Source: Oligoflexia bacterium (GTDB lineage: Bacteria; Bdellovibrionota; UBA1018). From it: DNA of 37,065 nucleotides. The notes under the pieces were generated by a model. That model ran no database searches. It worked only from the letters and a program-made list of their open reading frames with translations, and had not been told where the DNA came from. Numbering within the stretch: the first letter of the stretch is position 1; each line of letters starts with the position of its first letter. This document shows positions 21,045 through 30,266 of this stretch, in pieces. The stretch lies in the NCBI GenBank assembly GCA_043732485.1, contig JAYTHP010000073.1, forward strand, positions 1 to 37,065. Direction: 5' to 3'. The position numbers and the translations under genes are program-made.

Positions 21045-21872
21045 TCAGAAGATAAGATTAAAATCCACCATCACGGCAATCCCGGCTGCAATGGGGCTAG
21101 AATCGGCCTGCAACAAAGGATCGTTATAGACATAGCTCCAGCCTGCTGCACCGAGGGTGGTGGAGTAATGCTGGGCGTAAAAAACCTGATTGATCTTCAA
21201 CTGATAACGATCCTGAAGCGGAAACACCTCACTGAGGAGGGCACCGTAAATCAGCCCGCCTGTTGCAAGCGGCAACTGAGGGGTAATATAGTTATTTTGC
21301 GTGGTTTGCACTTGGACGTTGGGAAAGCTCAAAAACTCCCAACCCACGAGCGGCCCAAAGCTTAACACCTTGCCTAGCCGCAGTTGCAGACTCGAGCGAA
21401 AAGTATAATGAATGACGTTGAGCTCGGAGTTGGCATTCAGGTAAGTGAGTCCCAGCATGGCGTTAACCACTTCCCAGTGCAAAAAATCATTACGCCAGTG
21501 CAATTGCCCCAGGCTGATTGCTACATCGGGCGTGTGATTGAGGTAAGCAATTGGCGCCAGGCCAAAGCCAAAATAAAAGCCAGTTTCCTTGGGCTTGGCG
21601 CGATAGGAATCCAGCAGCGGAAACTGCTCAGAGAAGCGCTGAGCCCAAGCCTGCTCATCAGGCGCTACTAACAAGGTGAGCGCCAAGCAAAAGCCAATCA
21701 GTGCCTGCTTAAACCATCGCCTCGACCCTTGCCTCAAGCGCGCCTGCCAGAAGATCAAAGACCGAACTTTCCTGGGAAGGTCTCGAGTGAACTGAACTGT
21801 CTTGCGGCTACTGGCTTGTGTTCTCATCACCTTGTTACCTAACTCTGTTTTTTTCTCGCTCACTTGCGCCAA
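21045..21872 (-). CDS. Outer-membrane beta-barrel protein (GltA/B/H-like position)
   Basis: Signal ending in AWA, amphipathic strands (FYFGFGLAP, FGPLVGWEF), C-terminal VDFNLIF. Last gene of the minus-strand glt-like operon. Alternative start ATG 21827. Confidence 0.65.
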   Translation of the reverse strand: MAQVSEKKTELGNKVMRTQASSRKTVQFTRDLPRKVRSLIFWQARLRQGSRRWFKQALIGFCLALTLLVAPDEQAWAQRFSEQFPLLDSYRAKPKETGFYFGFGLAPIAYLNHTPDVAISLGQLHWRNDFLHWEVVNAMLGLTYLNANSELNVIHYTFRSSLQLRLGKVLSFGPLVGWEFLSFPNVQVQTTQNNYITPQLPLATGGLIYGALLSEVFPLQDRYQLKINQVFYAQHYSTTLGAAGWSYVYNDPLLQADSSPIAAGIAVMVDFNLIF

Positions 21873-21903
21873 ACGACTACGACGACAACAAAGACCACTA
21901 CTA

Positions 21904-24900
21904 CTACTGCATCAAACCCTTCAACTGCGACTCGCACGCTCTCTTTTGCGGATCGCTTGCGCCGCTTGCCGACTTAAGATGGAAGGCTGCCTCCTCCAAA
22001 AACCCAAGATGCATCACTGAGCAGCCTAAAAGGGCTTGAAACTCATCCTTTTGGGCAGGAAAACTCCCCTGCCCGATATCCGCTGCTGCGGCTGCAAAGT
22101 GGTAATCGCGCTGATCGTAGTAGAAGTGGATCATCTTGAGTAAGGTGCTGCCCTGCGGCTTAGTCTCACCAAACAGCTCTTTTTGTAATTTTAACGCCTC
22201 ACCCCCACCCGGGGCCTGCGGTAAATCATGATCTGAGCTTTCACCGCCGCCGCCTAACTGACCTGCTGACTGGGACCGCGCAAAGAGCGCGGCACCTAAC
22301 GCCTGCTGGGTGCCCGCTTGACACGAGCGTGCCGCAAGCGTCCCTGCAAGGATTGCTGAAGAGGAAGCCAGTTGCTGACACTTCGCGCGGTAGGCCGTCT
22401 CATCGTTTTGCGTTTCTTTGACCTTTTGACTCAAAACCGCTTGTAATTCTGGATGTTTTTGGCTGACTCGTTTCAAAAACTGACCAAACTCCGCAAAGGC
22501 CTCAGCGCTGCGCAAGCTCACGGCTAAGGCCACTTGTGGACTTGCGACGCCCTCTAAGGCCTTGAGCTGATTGGTGAGCTGGGCGAAGATTTTAGCTTGG
22601 GCTTCAATGGCTGAGGGCTCCGCTGCCGCTTGCCGTACCTGGTTTAAGAAATTCAGCCGCTCGCTGCGCTCCAAGCGCACAAACCGGCTCCACTGACAAA
22701 CAGCAGCACCAGGGTTCTGGGAACAAGTGGTGCGGGTGACGCTTGCCACTCTGGCGCGCAGACTGGCAGGCAAGGAATTTTCTGCGAGCGCGGCAGCCAG
22801 CAACAACTCAGGATCAAGCTCGGCTCTTGCGAGGAGACCTTTTGCGGCAGAGTCGAGTGGAAACGGGGCTGCTAGCGAATCAGCAAGAAATTGTGAGACG
22901 CGGTGCTTCAAATCGGGGCTTAACGCCGACCAGCGTTCGGTTTGGCTCATCAGGCGATTGAACGCCACGGCACTTCTTAAGGCTAACGCCACCCCGACTG
23001 CCTGCTGAAAGGCCTCAGCCTTCTGGCGCTCAGGTAACCCGGGGTCTTGATAAATCCCGGCTAAGCGCTCCAGACCGACTGAAAATTGGGTCATTTGCAG
23101 ATGCTCTTGCACCACTGAGCGTAAGATTTCGCTTTTCTGCTCAGGATCGCGCTCCTTCTGGGCAATCGCGCTGGCTGAACTTAAAAACGTCTGGATATCG
23201 CGCTCGCGCTTACTCTTGACGAGCGCTTCTTTCAAGATTTGATTGCGCAAGGTGACGTTATCAGACTTCAAGGCCGCCTCCAGATAACTCTTCCCTTGCG
23301 AGAAATCATCAAACCCGGCGCTCTTACGGATACTCTCTTGCAAGCCCTTGGAGGACGCCATTTTTTCAATTTTCGCTAACTTCGCGCGAAAGCTGCTGCT
23401 CGACCAGTGCGTCCGCTCCAACCGCTTCGCTGCCGCTTGCAGGGCCGGAAAGTCCTGGCGGGTATTGTAATAGTCTAGAATTAGCTCCGCCGCATCGGCC
23501 GCTTGCGGCTGGCGTGAAAATTGTCCAATAAAGCGATAGAGTTGCTCCAGCGTCTCGGGAAAAAAGCCTTGCTCATAATTCGCTTTGAGCAACGCCAAGT
23601 TCAGCTGCGGATCGGAGCGCTTCTGGGGGTTAAAGACAAAATACTCACCAATACTCTTAATCAACAGGCCATGCAGCCTAAGATTTTCATAATACGGCAT
23701 CTCAGCCTTTTGCGAGAGACAAAGAATAGCATTTTGTAACAGCGACTCTCGCCCGCTGGCGGTGCCGTATTGCCCGGAAAAGAGCTGTAAATAGCGTTGG
23801 CCACAGGCTAAGTAATCTTTTTGCTGAAAATACACCTGCGCCAGGTCATTGGCGATGTTCATCCGCTGCACCGGCTCAAAGAAGTAATCCAGATAGAGCA
23901 GATAAAAATCACGCGCCCGCTCCAAAAGAGCACTAGGCTGGTGGCTCAGCCTCGCTAATTCATGGGCTTTCGTTCCCAGCTCACGCACTTCATTTTCTAA
24001 AAAGTGGTTAGCTGCCGCCTGCACTTGAGGCGGGATTTGATAGAACTGTACCCATTCGGCGTACTTGCTGAGCAAAGAGCGCATCTCAGCTACCGGAATG
24101 CGCACGCGGTCGGCAGGCTCAATGGCAGTAAGAACGTCGCGGTAAATGGTCAATGATTTTTGAGGGTTAAACGCCAACTCCCCAAGCTTGCGCAGCAGCG
24201 GTAAGGCGGTGGCGTAATGCTTCTGGGCAATGTAACGTAAGACTAGCTTTTCTAAGACCTCTTGAAACAAGGCCGCTGATCCAGCAACCCGCGCATAATA
24301 GGCCACCGGATCGGGATTCTTGGGAAACACGTAGGTATAGGCCACCACGGAATCTAAGAGGGCTTGCCGCTTTAAATCATTTTTTACCGTTTTTTGCGTC
24401 AGCGAGACTTCATAGGGGTTGTCTTGGGGTTTGAGTTCCCGGTCGGTGGCCACCAGTTCAAAGAAATGTAACGCCTCTTTAAAACGCTCCACAGCAATCA
24501 GCGACAAACCCGCCTTGTGCCTAGCAACGTTGCGCTCATAGACAAACGAGCTTTGCGTGAGCGGCAGGAAATAGTTCAAAGCGCCACTAAAATCCTTCTG
24601 ATCTAAATAGAACTGACCAATCAGCAGCTTACACTTAAAAGCCTCCTCCGACTGCGGATACTGCTTTAAGACCATCCCGGCATGCAGCATAAAATCGCGC
24701 GTCTCATCAATTGATTTTGCAGCGAGCGCGAGATTGAACAAAACCGTTGGTCTTTTCGCAAAACGCGGAAAATCGTGCAAGATCATCTTATAAGTGGTGA
24801 TCGCTTCCTTTTGTGCCGCGGTGACGGGCGCAAAAGCAGGGTCAGAAGGCGCCGATTCGCCCTGCGTCACTTCCATTTGAATGTAATACAAGGTGGTCGA

Positions 24901-25254
24901 CTTTTGCGACTGCAACTCGGCTAGCTCCAAGTACAGCTCGGGCAAAAATGGCGCACTCAAGCTCTCGGTGATTTGCGCTGAAAGCGTTTTAATTGACTTA
25001 TCGACCCGCTCGAGCATCTGCGACAGGCCTTGCCGAAACTGCGCGTCGTTTCTAGCCCCCGCTCCAGCCTCACTTCCAGCGCCAGCCCCAGTGCTTCCCG
25101 CACCCGTCCCTGCGCTCGGTATCACTTTCTTAGTTGTAGCCGCTACTGCTGCCGCCCCTAAGCCTGAGGCAAATGCTGCCGTGACCAGTAGCGCCACTCC
25201 GCGCCGCCCGCTCCGCAACGCTTGCCTGATGGCAGGTAAATTTTTTACTGGCAT
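21904..25254 (-). CDS. Large periplasmic TPR protein, GltD/AgmU-like
   Basis: 1116 aa with a signal peptide. APFLPELYLELAEL, EAITTYKMILHDFPRF, VLKQYPQS..A, A.DAAELILDYY and other TPR-like helical pairs. Overlaps the upstream gene by 10 nt. Confidence 0.75.
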   Translation of the reverse strand: MPVKNLPAIRQALRSGRRGVALLVTAAFASGLGAAAVAATTKKVIPSAGTGAGSTGAGAGSEAGAGARNDAQFRQGLSQMLERVDKSIKTLSAQITESLSAPFLPELYLELAELQSQKSTTLYYIQMEVTQGESAPSDPAFAPVTAAQKEAITTYKMILHDFPRFAKRPTVLFNLALAAKSIDETRDFMLHAGMVLKQYPQSEEAFKCKLLIGQFYLDQKDFSGALNYFLPLTQSSFVYERNVARHKAGLSLIAVERFKEALHFFELVATDRELKPQDNPYEVSLTQKTVKNDLKRQALLDSVVAYTYVFPKNPDPVAYYARVAGSAALFQEVLEKLVLRYIAQKHYATALPLLRKLGELAFNPQKSLTIYRDVLTAIEPADRVRIPVAEMRSLLSKYAEWVQFYQIPPQVQAAANHFLENEVRELGTKAHELARLSHQPSALLERARDFYLLYLDYFFEPVQRMNIANDLAQVYFQQKDYLACGQRYLQLFSGQYGTASGRESLLQNAILCLSQKAEMPYYENLRLHGLLIKSIGEYFVFNPQKRSDPQLNLALLKANYEQGFFPETLEQLYRFIGQFSRQPQAADAAELILDYYNTRQDFPALQAAAKRLERTHWSSSSFRAKLAKIEKMASSKGLQESIRKSAGFDDFSQGKSYLEAALKSDNVTLRNQILKEALVKSKRERDIQTFLSSASAIAQKERDPEQKSEILRSVVQEHLQMTQFSVGLERLAGIYQDPGLPERQKAEAFQQAVGVALALRSAVAFNRLMSQTERWSALSPDLKHRVSQFLADSLAAPFPLDSAAKGLLARAELDPELLLAAALAENSLPASLRARVASVTRTTCSQNPGAAVCQWSRFVRLERSERLNFLNQVRQAAAEPSAIEAQAKIFAQLTNQLKALEGVASPQVALAVSLRSAEAFAEFGQFLKRVSQKHPELQAVLSQKVKETQNDETAYRAKCQQLASSSAILAGTLAARSCQAGTQQALGAALFARSQSAGQLGGGGESSDHDLPQAPGGGEALKLQKELFGETKPQGSTLLKMIHFYYDQRDYHFAAAAADIGQGSFPAQKDEFQALLGCSVMHLGFLEEAAFHLKSASGASDPQKRACESQLKGLMQ

Positions 25255-27056
25255 TGGTTCACCAACGGCACTTGAAAGTGACTGCGCTCGTCAGCCCAAA
25301 GCTCGCCAAACTGCTCAAAGCGCAGCTCGATGTCTTGTACATCCGTTCCTGCCAGCTTCTGGTCCTTTCCACTGACGCCGCCATTTTCACCGCCACTACC
25401 TCCCACCGAAGCTAAAGCGCTTGGGACTGACCCAGACGCAGACGCAGACTCAGCAACTGATTTTCCGCCGTCTTGGGCATTCAATTGCGCCTTAAAGACC
25501 TGATCGGGATTCTCTTTTTCGCGGATGACATCAAACTTGAGCAACTTCAACTCCTCTGACAAATCCACCACCGAGCGAGCCGCCTGTTCCAGCGCTTCGG
25601 TTTGGGCAATCTGCAGCTCCGCTTTTTGCTTCCTCAGCTCCGATTGGTAGATAAAGCGGGCCGCCTCACGCAGACCCGCTTCCACCACAAGCTGCGCCTG
25701 CTCGGCTTGCAACTCAGCGACGTTTTGCTGCCTGGCAACGTATTGCCCATTTTGCGGCAGCGAGATCTTGTGCAACTGCGGCAGGCTCTCAAGCGGCACT
25801 CCCGTTTGAATGCCCTTTAAGGTCGTGCCAAACTGCTTATCAAACGACTGAATTAGGATCTGCGCACGGTCGCCTGCACAGACTCTACGGTAGATTAAGG
25901 CTCGTAAAAAATAACTTTCTAGATCGATGCTGTGATCCCGCTCAAAACGCATCAAATTGTACAAAACTCCCAAGGCTTCACTATAACGTTTGAGATGAAA
26001 CAGATTCCAAGCGCTTTCTAACCAATCAAGCGCCGTGACCGACTCCCACTGCAGTAAAAACCGCTGATAGACGTCGAGTGACTGCTCGTACTTCGCTTGC
26101 TCAAAATAAACCCGCGCCAAGTTTCTCGCCACTTTTTTGACAAAACTAGCGCGCTCGGGTAAGCCCTTTTCCTGGCTAAGCACCTGGAGCAGCAACTGCT
26201 CAGTTTGTGGCAAGTCATGATTGGCGTAGACCACGAGCGACTGGTAGAAGAGGTATTTGGCAAAACCACCACCGACACCCAAACCACTCACGCCTGCGCC
26301 TGATAACCCTTGCCCCACCTGCACACCATGGTCCACTTGCTCAAACGACGCTTGCGCCCACTGTGGACTTAAGGACTGAGAAAAAAAGATCCCCTGATAC
26401 AAGTAGTAGGAATTAGAAAAACCGCTGTCATCACGAGCAGGCGACAAGTCACCGTAGGAAAACAACTGAGTCAGGGACCGCGGATAACCACGATCGAGAA
26501 TAGCCACCAGCCCCCGGAAAGCAGCCTCTTTCGAGGGCGCATCCGTGAAAAACAAAATCATCCGCGCCGCAAGCGCCGCGACCCCAGCATCCAGGCGCTG
26601 ATCCAAAAGCGCCGCTAGCAGCTTTTGCATCTTCTCACCATCAGCCATCACAGGCGGTTGGCTCCCCTCCCACTTTTTCTCACGCCTCGGGCTGGAAATG
26701 GCAGACGCCCGCTCTGCGCCCGGCCTAGACCCTAAGCCGGATGGCATTGCGACAGTGGACTTCCTGGCTGCACGCCCACCGAGGGCGCGAGGCATCACAC
26801 TAGACCCAGCTGCCGTCTTCCCGCGCGCCAAGTGCCTTGCTTGTCTCGCAGGCTGCGACTTTTTGCGAGCCCACGCCTGATCGATTGGCAAGAGCAGCAA
26901 CAACGATAATAGGGTCATTTTTCCCGCTAGAGAAGACGCCAAGGAACAGGTGAGACTAAAAAAAAAATGCAACGCCCTTGGATCACGCAGCCCCGAGGCT
27001 CGTGAGTTTGCTACCCTACTGGTTGCGCAGTGGAAGCAAGGTGCTATGCCCATCAA
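25245..27056 (-). CDS. TPR protein, GltC-like
   Basis: LARVYFEQAKY, WLESAW, ESYFLRALIYRRVC and C-terminal FEQFGELWADERSHF...NQC, which matches the GltC-type WpFxGEyWxDE...C tail. ATGA-coupled to the upstream barrel gene. Confidence 0.75.
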   Translation of the reverse strand: MMGIAPCFHCATSRVANSRASGLRDPRALHFFFSLTCSLASSLAGKMTLLSLLLLLPIDQAWARKKSQPARQARHLARGKTAAGSSVMPRALGGRAARKSTVAMPSGLGSRPGAERASAISSPRREKKWEGSQPPVMADGEKMQKLLAALLDQRLDAGVAALAARMILFFTDAPSKEAAFRGLVAILDRGYPRSLTQLFSYGDLSPARDDSGFSNSYYLYQGIFFSQSLSPQWAQASFEQVDHGVQVGQGLSGAGVSGLGVGGGFAKYLFYQSLVVYANHDLPQTEQLLLQVLSQEKGLPERASFVKKVARNLARVYFEQAKYEQSLDVYQRFLLQWESVTALDWLESAWNLFHLKRYSEALGVLYNLMRFERDHSIDLESYFLRALIYRRVCAGDRAQILIQSFDKQFGTTLKGIQTGVPLESLPQLHKISLPQNGQYVARQQNVAELQAEQAQLVVEAGLREAARFIYQSELRKQKAELQIAQTEALEQAARSVVDLSEELKLLKFDVIREKENPDQVFKAQLNAQDGGKSVAESASASGSVPSALASVGGSGGENGGVSGKDQKLAGTDVQDIELRFEQFGELWADERSHFQVPLVNQCQ

Positions 27057-27838
27057 AAATTAAAACCCGTTTCGGCAGAAAACATTAAGAAATTGCCAAT
27101 CGATCCCATACTATCTCTGACCCCAAGCTTAAAGGAAAAAGCATCCGTCAGAAAAGCCTCAAGCGAAAAACCCAGATTTAACACCGGCAAAATATTAGGG
27201 ACGTTTTGATGAGTGTAATTCAGGGCCCCGCCACCCACTAAAAAGGACCCCCGCAGATACTTTAACGAGCTGCGAAAAAACAGCATTTTACCGAACAAGA
27301 AATGGTAGGAAAAATTGCTCGACAACAAATAATTGACGTGCTGGATGTAGGTGGGCTTTTCAGTATAAAGGTTAGCAAGATCGGCCGTTAATTTGCTTTG
27401 AAAATTAATAAAATAATTTAAATCCAACAAATTCCAGGAAAAACTCTCTCCCAGACCTTGAGTGTATCCCACCGCTACCCCTAAGGAATTGTAATAAGGG
27501 TCAAAAGGATAACTCAAAACCCCAAAATGCAGGCTATGATTTGAAAAATTTATGTGATCGATGGCTTCAATCTTTTGCTCATCGACGGCTATTTTCTGGT
27601 ATACTCCTGAAGCAGCAGCAGGCTCGAGACTAGCAAACACCAAAGCCACTGCGACAACGGCTGACGTCTTCAACCAGGCTGCCAAGCGAGCACCCACCAG
27701 CACGTAGATCCTGGCAGCAGAAGTGGGCGCACGCTTAATCAGTCGCTGGCTTTGAAAAAAAAGACCAGACCCTACGAGCGAATCTTGGGAAAAAATCACG
27801 CGGCTAAAGGGCTTGTAGTAGGACGAAAAAAGATTCAT
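27053..27838 (-). CDS. Outer-membrane beta-barrel domain protein, GltA/GltB-like
   Basis: PFDPYYNSLGVAVGY, LTADL, FLFGKMLFF, FLVGGG, GVRD and terminal GFNF fit the myxobacterial/Bdellovibrio GltA/B barrel pattern. Confidence 0.75.
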   Translation of the reverse strand: MNLFSSYYKPFSRVIFSQDSLVGSGLFFQSQRLIKRAPTSAARIYVLVGARLAAWLKTSAVVAVALVFASLEPAAASGVYQKIAVDEQKIEAIDHINFSNHSLHFGVLSYPFDPYYNSLGVAVGYTQGLGESFSWNLLDLNYFINFQSKLTADLANLYTEKPTYIQHVNYLLSSNFSYHFLFGKMLFFRSSLKYLRGSFLVGGGALNYTHQNVPNILPVLNLGFSLEAFLTDAFSFKLGVRDSMGSIGNFLMFSAETGFNF

Positions 27839-28221
27839 TTTTTTATTTTTAAATTATTTTTTATTGGTTAGCAACTTTTATCTTTTAAAACACTTAAGAC
27901 TCAAATCCTGCTGCTGCTGCTTATTTTAGCTCGGCTTCAGAAGCAAGCACTCCTGTACGCCTGTCACACAACAGCTGCCTATTCCACGCTGATCGGTCAT
28001 CATCTAATTTTATTCTTATGTTTTTTTCCTTGCTCTCATCCGGTCTTTGAAAACCTTAGCCTTGCTTCCTGGCTAAGTCCTTGGAACAATTCTTAAGACC
28101 AGTTCTTGGCTTTTTTCAAAAAATCGCCAAAAATTTGTCGCAAGACAGATCCTTCAATGCAGGGAAACTGCTCATCAAGGTTCAATGAACCATCCCAACC
28201 CTCCACTGGCTCCCTATTCTC

Positions 28222-28285
28222 AGATTAAAGTAAAGGCGAGGAGCCTGTCAAACATTTTGACAATTTTTATAGACATTTCTATAAA
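28222..28285. promoter_or_regulatory. Back-to-back sigma70 promoters sharing the palindrome TGTCAAA-CAT-TTTGACA
   Basis: Plus strand: TTGACA (28257-62)-17-TATAAA (28280-85). Minus strand: TTGACA (28251-46)-18-TAATCT (28227-22). Confidence 0.6.
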
Positions 28286-28353
28286 TTGATTCAAAATAAA
28301 GAAGTAAGCTTGCAAAATATTGGCAAGAAAGTCTAAAGAAAGCTTAAAATTTT

Positions 28354-29070
28354 ATGAATAACTTTGTTTCTTTTATTGCACACAACTTAGCTCACGTAGC
28401 CCCTATTTTGATCGCAGCCGCCTTTGCCATCGTCATTATTGCAGAACGATTTTATGCCTTGATGGTGGCGTTTCCTCTCACGCGGTCGCGGGGGTTTTTT
28501 GAGAAGATCAGGCAACTCGTGATGTCTGATCGCATCAATGATGCGATCGCCTTGTGTGATCGCTATGACAATAAGCCGGTGATCTTAGTCATCAAAGAGG
28601 GTTTGATACGGGCCCATCAGCCAGAATCGCTGATTGAACACGGCTTGCAAATTGCGGTCAGTGAGGCGCTCGAGAGGATCCAGAGTCGCACTAGCTTTTT
28701 AGCCACCATCGCGAACGTCTCCACCCTGCTGGGTCTTTTTGGGACGATCGTCGGCCTGGTGCAATCCTTCGAGGCGGTTGGCAGTGCCAACGCCCAAATG
28801 CGCTCCACCCTTCTTGCCAACGGGATCTCGACTGCGATGAATGCCACTATGCTAGGGCTAGCGGTGGCTATTCCTTGTATGATTGCCTTTAGTTTTCTGA
28901 TGAACCGTGCCAATCAGTTACAAGCGGAAATTGATCGCTTTGCCGTCAAAATTTTGGATCTTTTAAAGCAACGCTATTACTCAGCTGATCTGGCGTCGCC
29001 TGACGTGCAAACCCGCACGGAAATGACGCTTGAGCAACAGCCCCACCAACGCTCCAAAAGGGAAGAGTAA
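28354..29070 (+). CDS. MotA/TolQ/ExbB proton channel family protein (AglR-like)
   Basis: Three TMs. IIAERF, LATIANVSTLLGLFGTIVGLVQSF, LANGISTAMNATMLGLAVAIP. Confidence 0.93.
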   Translation: MNNFVSFIAHNLAHVAPILIAAAFAIVIIAERFYALMVAFPLTRSRGFFEKIRQLVMSDRINDAIALCDRYDNKPVILVIKEGLIRAHQPESLIEHGLQIAVSEALERIQSRTSFLATIANVSTLLGLFGTIVGLVQSFEAVGSANAQMRSTLLANGISTAMNATMLGLAVAIPCMIAFSFLMNRANQLQAEIDRFAVKILDLLKQRYYSADLASPDVQTRTEMTLEQQPHQRSKREE

Positions 29071-29072
29071 GC

Positions 29073-29540
29073 GTGAGTTCGGTTGATTCAGGATCGGGAC
29101 AGGACTTTGATCTCAACATTGCCCCGATTATTGACTGCTTCACCGTGCTCATTACCTACCTTTTGGTCTCGGCCTCGTTCATTAGCCTCAAAGTCATTGA
29201 AGCAGGCGTTGCGGTGTCGGATCCTAATGCCGCAGCGGCGCAACCCCCTCCCCCTACACCCCCGCAACCACCACTCAATGCTGAAGTCTTTCTCCTGAAA
29301 ACCGGCGCAGCGCAGTTAAAAGTGACTGGTGGACCCAGGAACCTCAATCAGCTGCTAACGCAAAAAAACCTCACCGAACTGAAAAACACGGTGACGATCT
29401 TAAAACAAAGCTACCCTACTTTCAATGAGATCAGCGTTTCAGCGGAAGCCGACGTGCCCTACTCCGACCTCCTGAAAGGCATTGAACCCCTCAAGGAAGT
29501 GATCGCCAAGGTGTTTATTGCCGGAACGGCAAGACAGTAA
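29073..29540 (+). CDS. ExbD/TolR family protein (AglQ-like)
   Basis: GTG start. DFDLNIAPIIDCFTVLITYLL with the conserved TM Asp, and ISVSAEADVPYSDL. Confidence 0.9.
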   Translation: MSSVDSGSGQDFDLNIAPIIDCFTVLITYLLVSASFISLKVIEAGVAVSDPNAAAAQPPPPTPPQPPLNAEVFLLKTGAAQLKVTGGPRNLNQLLTQKNLTELKNTVTILKQSYPTFNEISVSAEADVPYSDLLKGIEPLKEVIAKVFIAGTARQ

Positions 29541-29574
29541 CAAGCGTAAGAAAGAAAAAAAGAGAACGGATGCC

Positions 29575-30060
29575 ATGAAAAGCCACTTCCTTAAACGCAA
29601 GCCACCTTCGCAGGAAATGGCGCTGCAGATTACCTCCATGGCTGACATCTTCATGATTTTATTAGTTTTTTTACTGAAAAGCTATGCCACCAGCGTCTCC
29701 ACCTTGACCTCGTCAAGCGGCATCACGTTGCCAAGCTCGCGCGCAGGCTCAGCCTCCAAGGAGACTTTAAAGCTTGAGGTGTCTGCAAGCAGCATCTCAG
29801 TCGATGACAAGGTGGTGCTCGGGTTAAGTAACTTCAATTTTGCCCCGCAAGAAATCCCTCCCCCGGGACTGGGGCGCTCGGAAACACTTTACCGCTCGCT
29901 GCTGGAAAAACGCCGGCGCATGCCACAAGCTAATCTAGATCCCAACTTACTGCTCTTTGTCGATCGCAAGGCCCCCTACTCGACCCTGCAATCGGTGTTG
30001 GCCTCAGCAGCAAGCGCTGGATTTGTGGATTTGCAACTCGTGGTGATCCACGAGGAGTAA
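29575..30060 (+). CDS. ExbD/TolR family protein (AglS-like)
   Basis: LQITSMADIFMILLVFLLKSY, ITLPSS, LLFVDRKAPYSTLQSVLASAASAGF. ATG 29575 is preferred over TTG 29518. Confidence 0.9.
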   Translation: MKSHFLKRKPPSQEMALQITSMADIFMILLVFLLKSYATSVSTLTSSSGITLPSSRAGSASKETLKLEVSASSISVDDKVVLGLSNFNFAPQEIPPPGLGRSETLYRSLLEKRRRMPQANLDPNLLLFVDRKAPYSTLQSVLASAASAGFVDLQLVVIHEE

Positions 30061-30266
30061 GAACACACCACGGGTAACGACTTGGAATCACGAAAAAAAG
30101 GACACAAGAAAGAGGACAAAAAATACGACAAGTGAGTGGAAGCGCTAAGCGAGTGAACGCTCAGACAACGCCGCGCTTTGGAGAACCTCACTATTGAGAA
30201 CCTTATCAGGTGAAGAGAGCACAAAAGAGAGACACAGAGAGTCAAGGACCCTCAAAAACAAGAATT

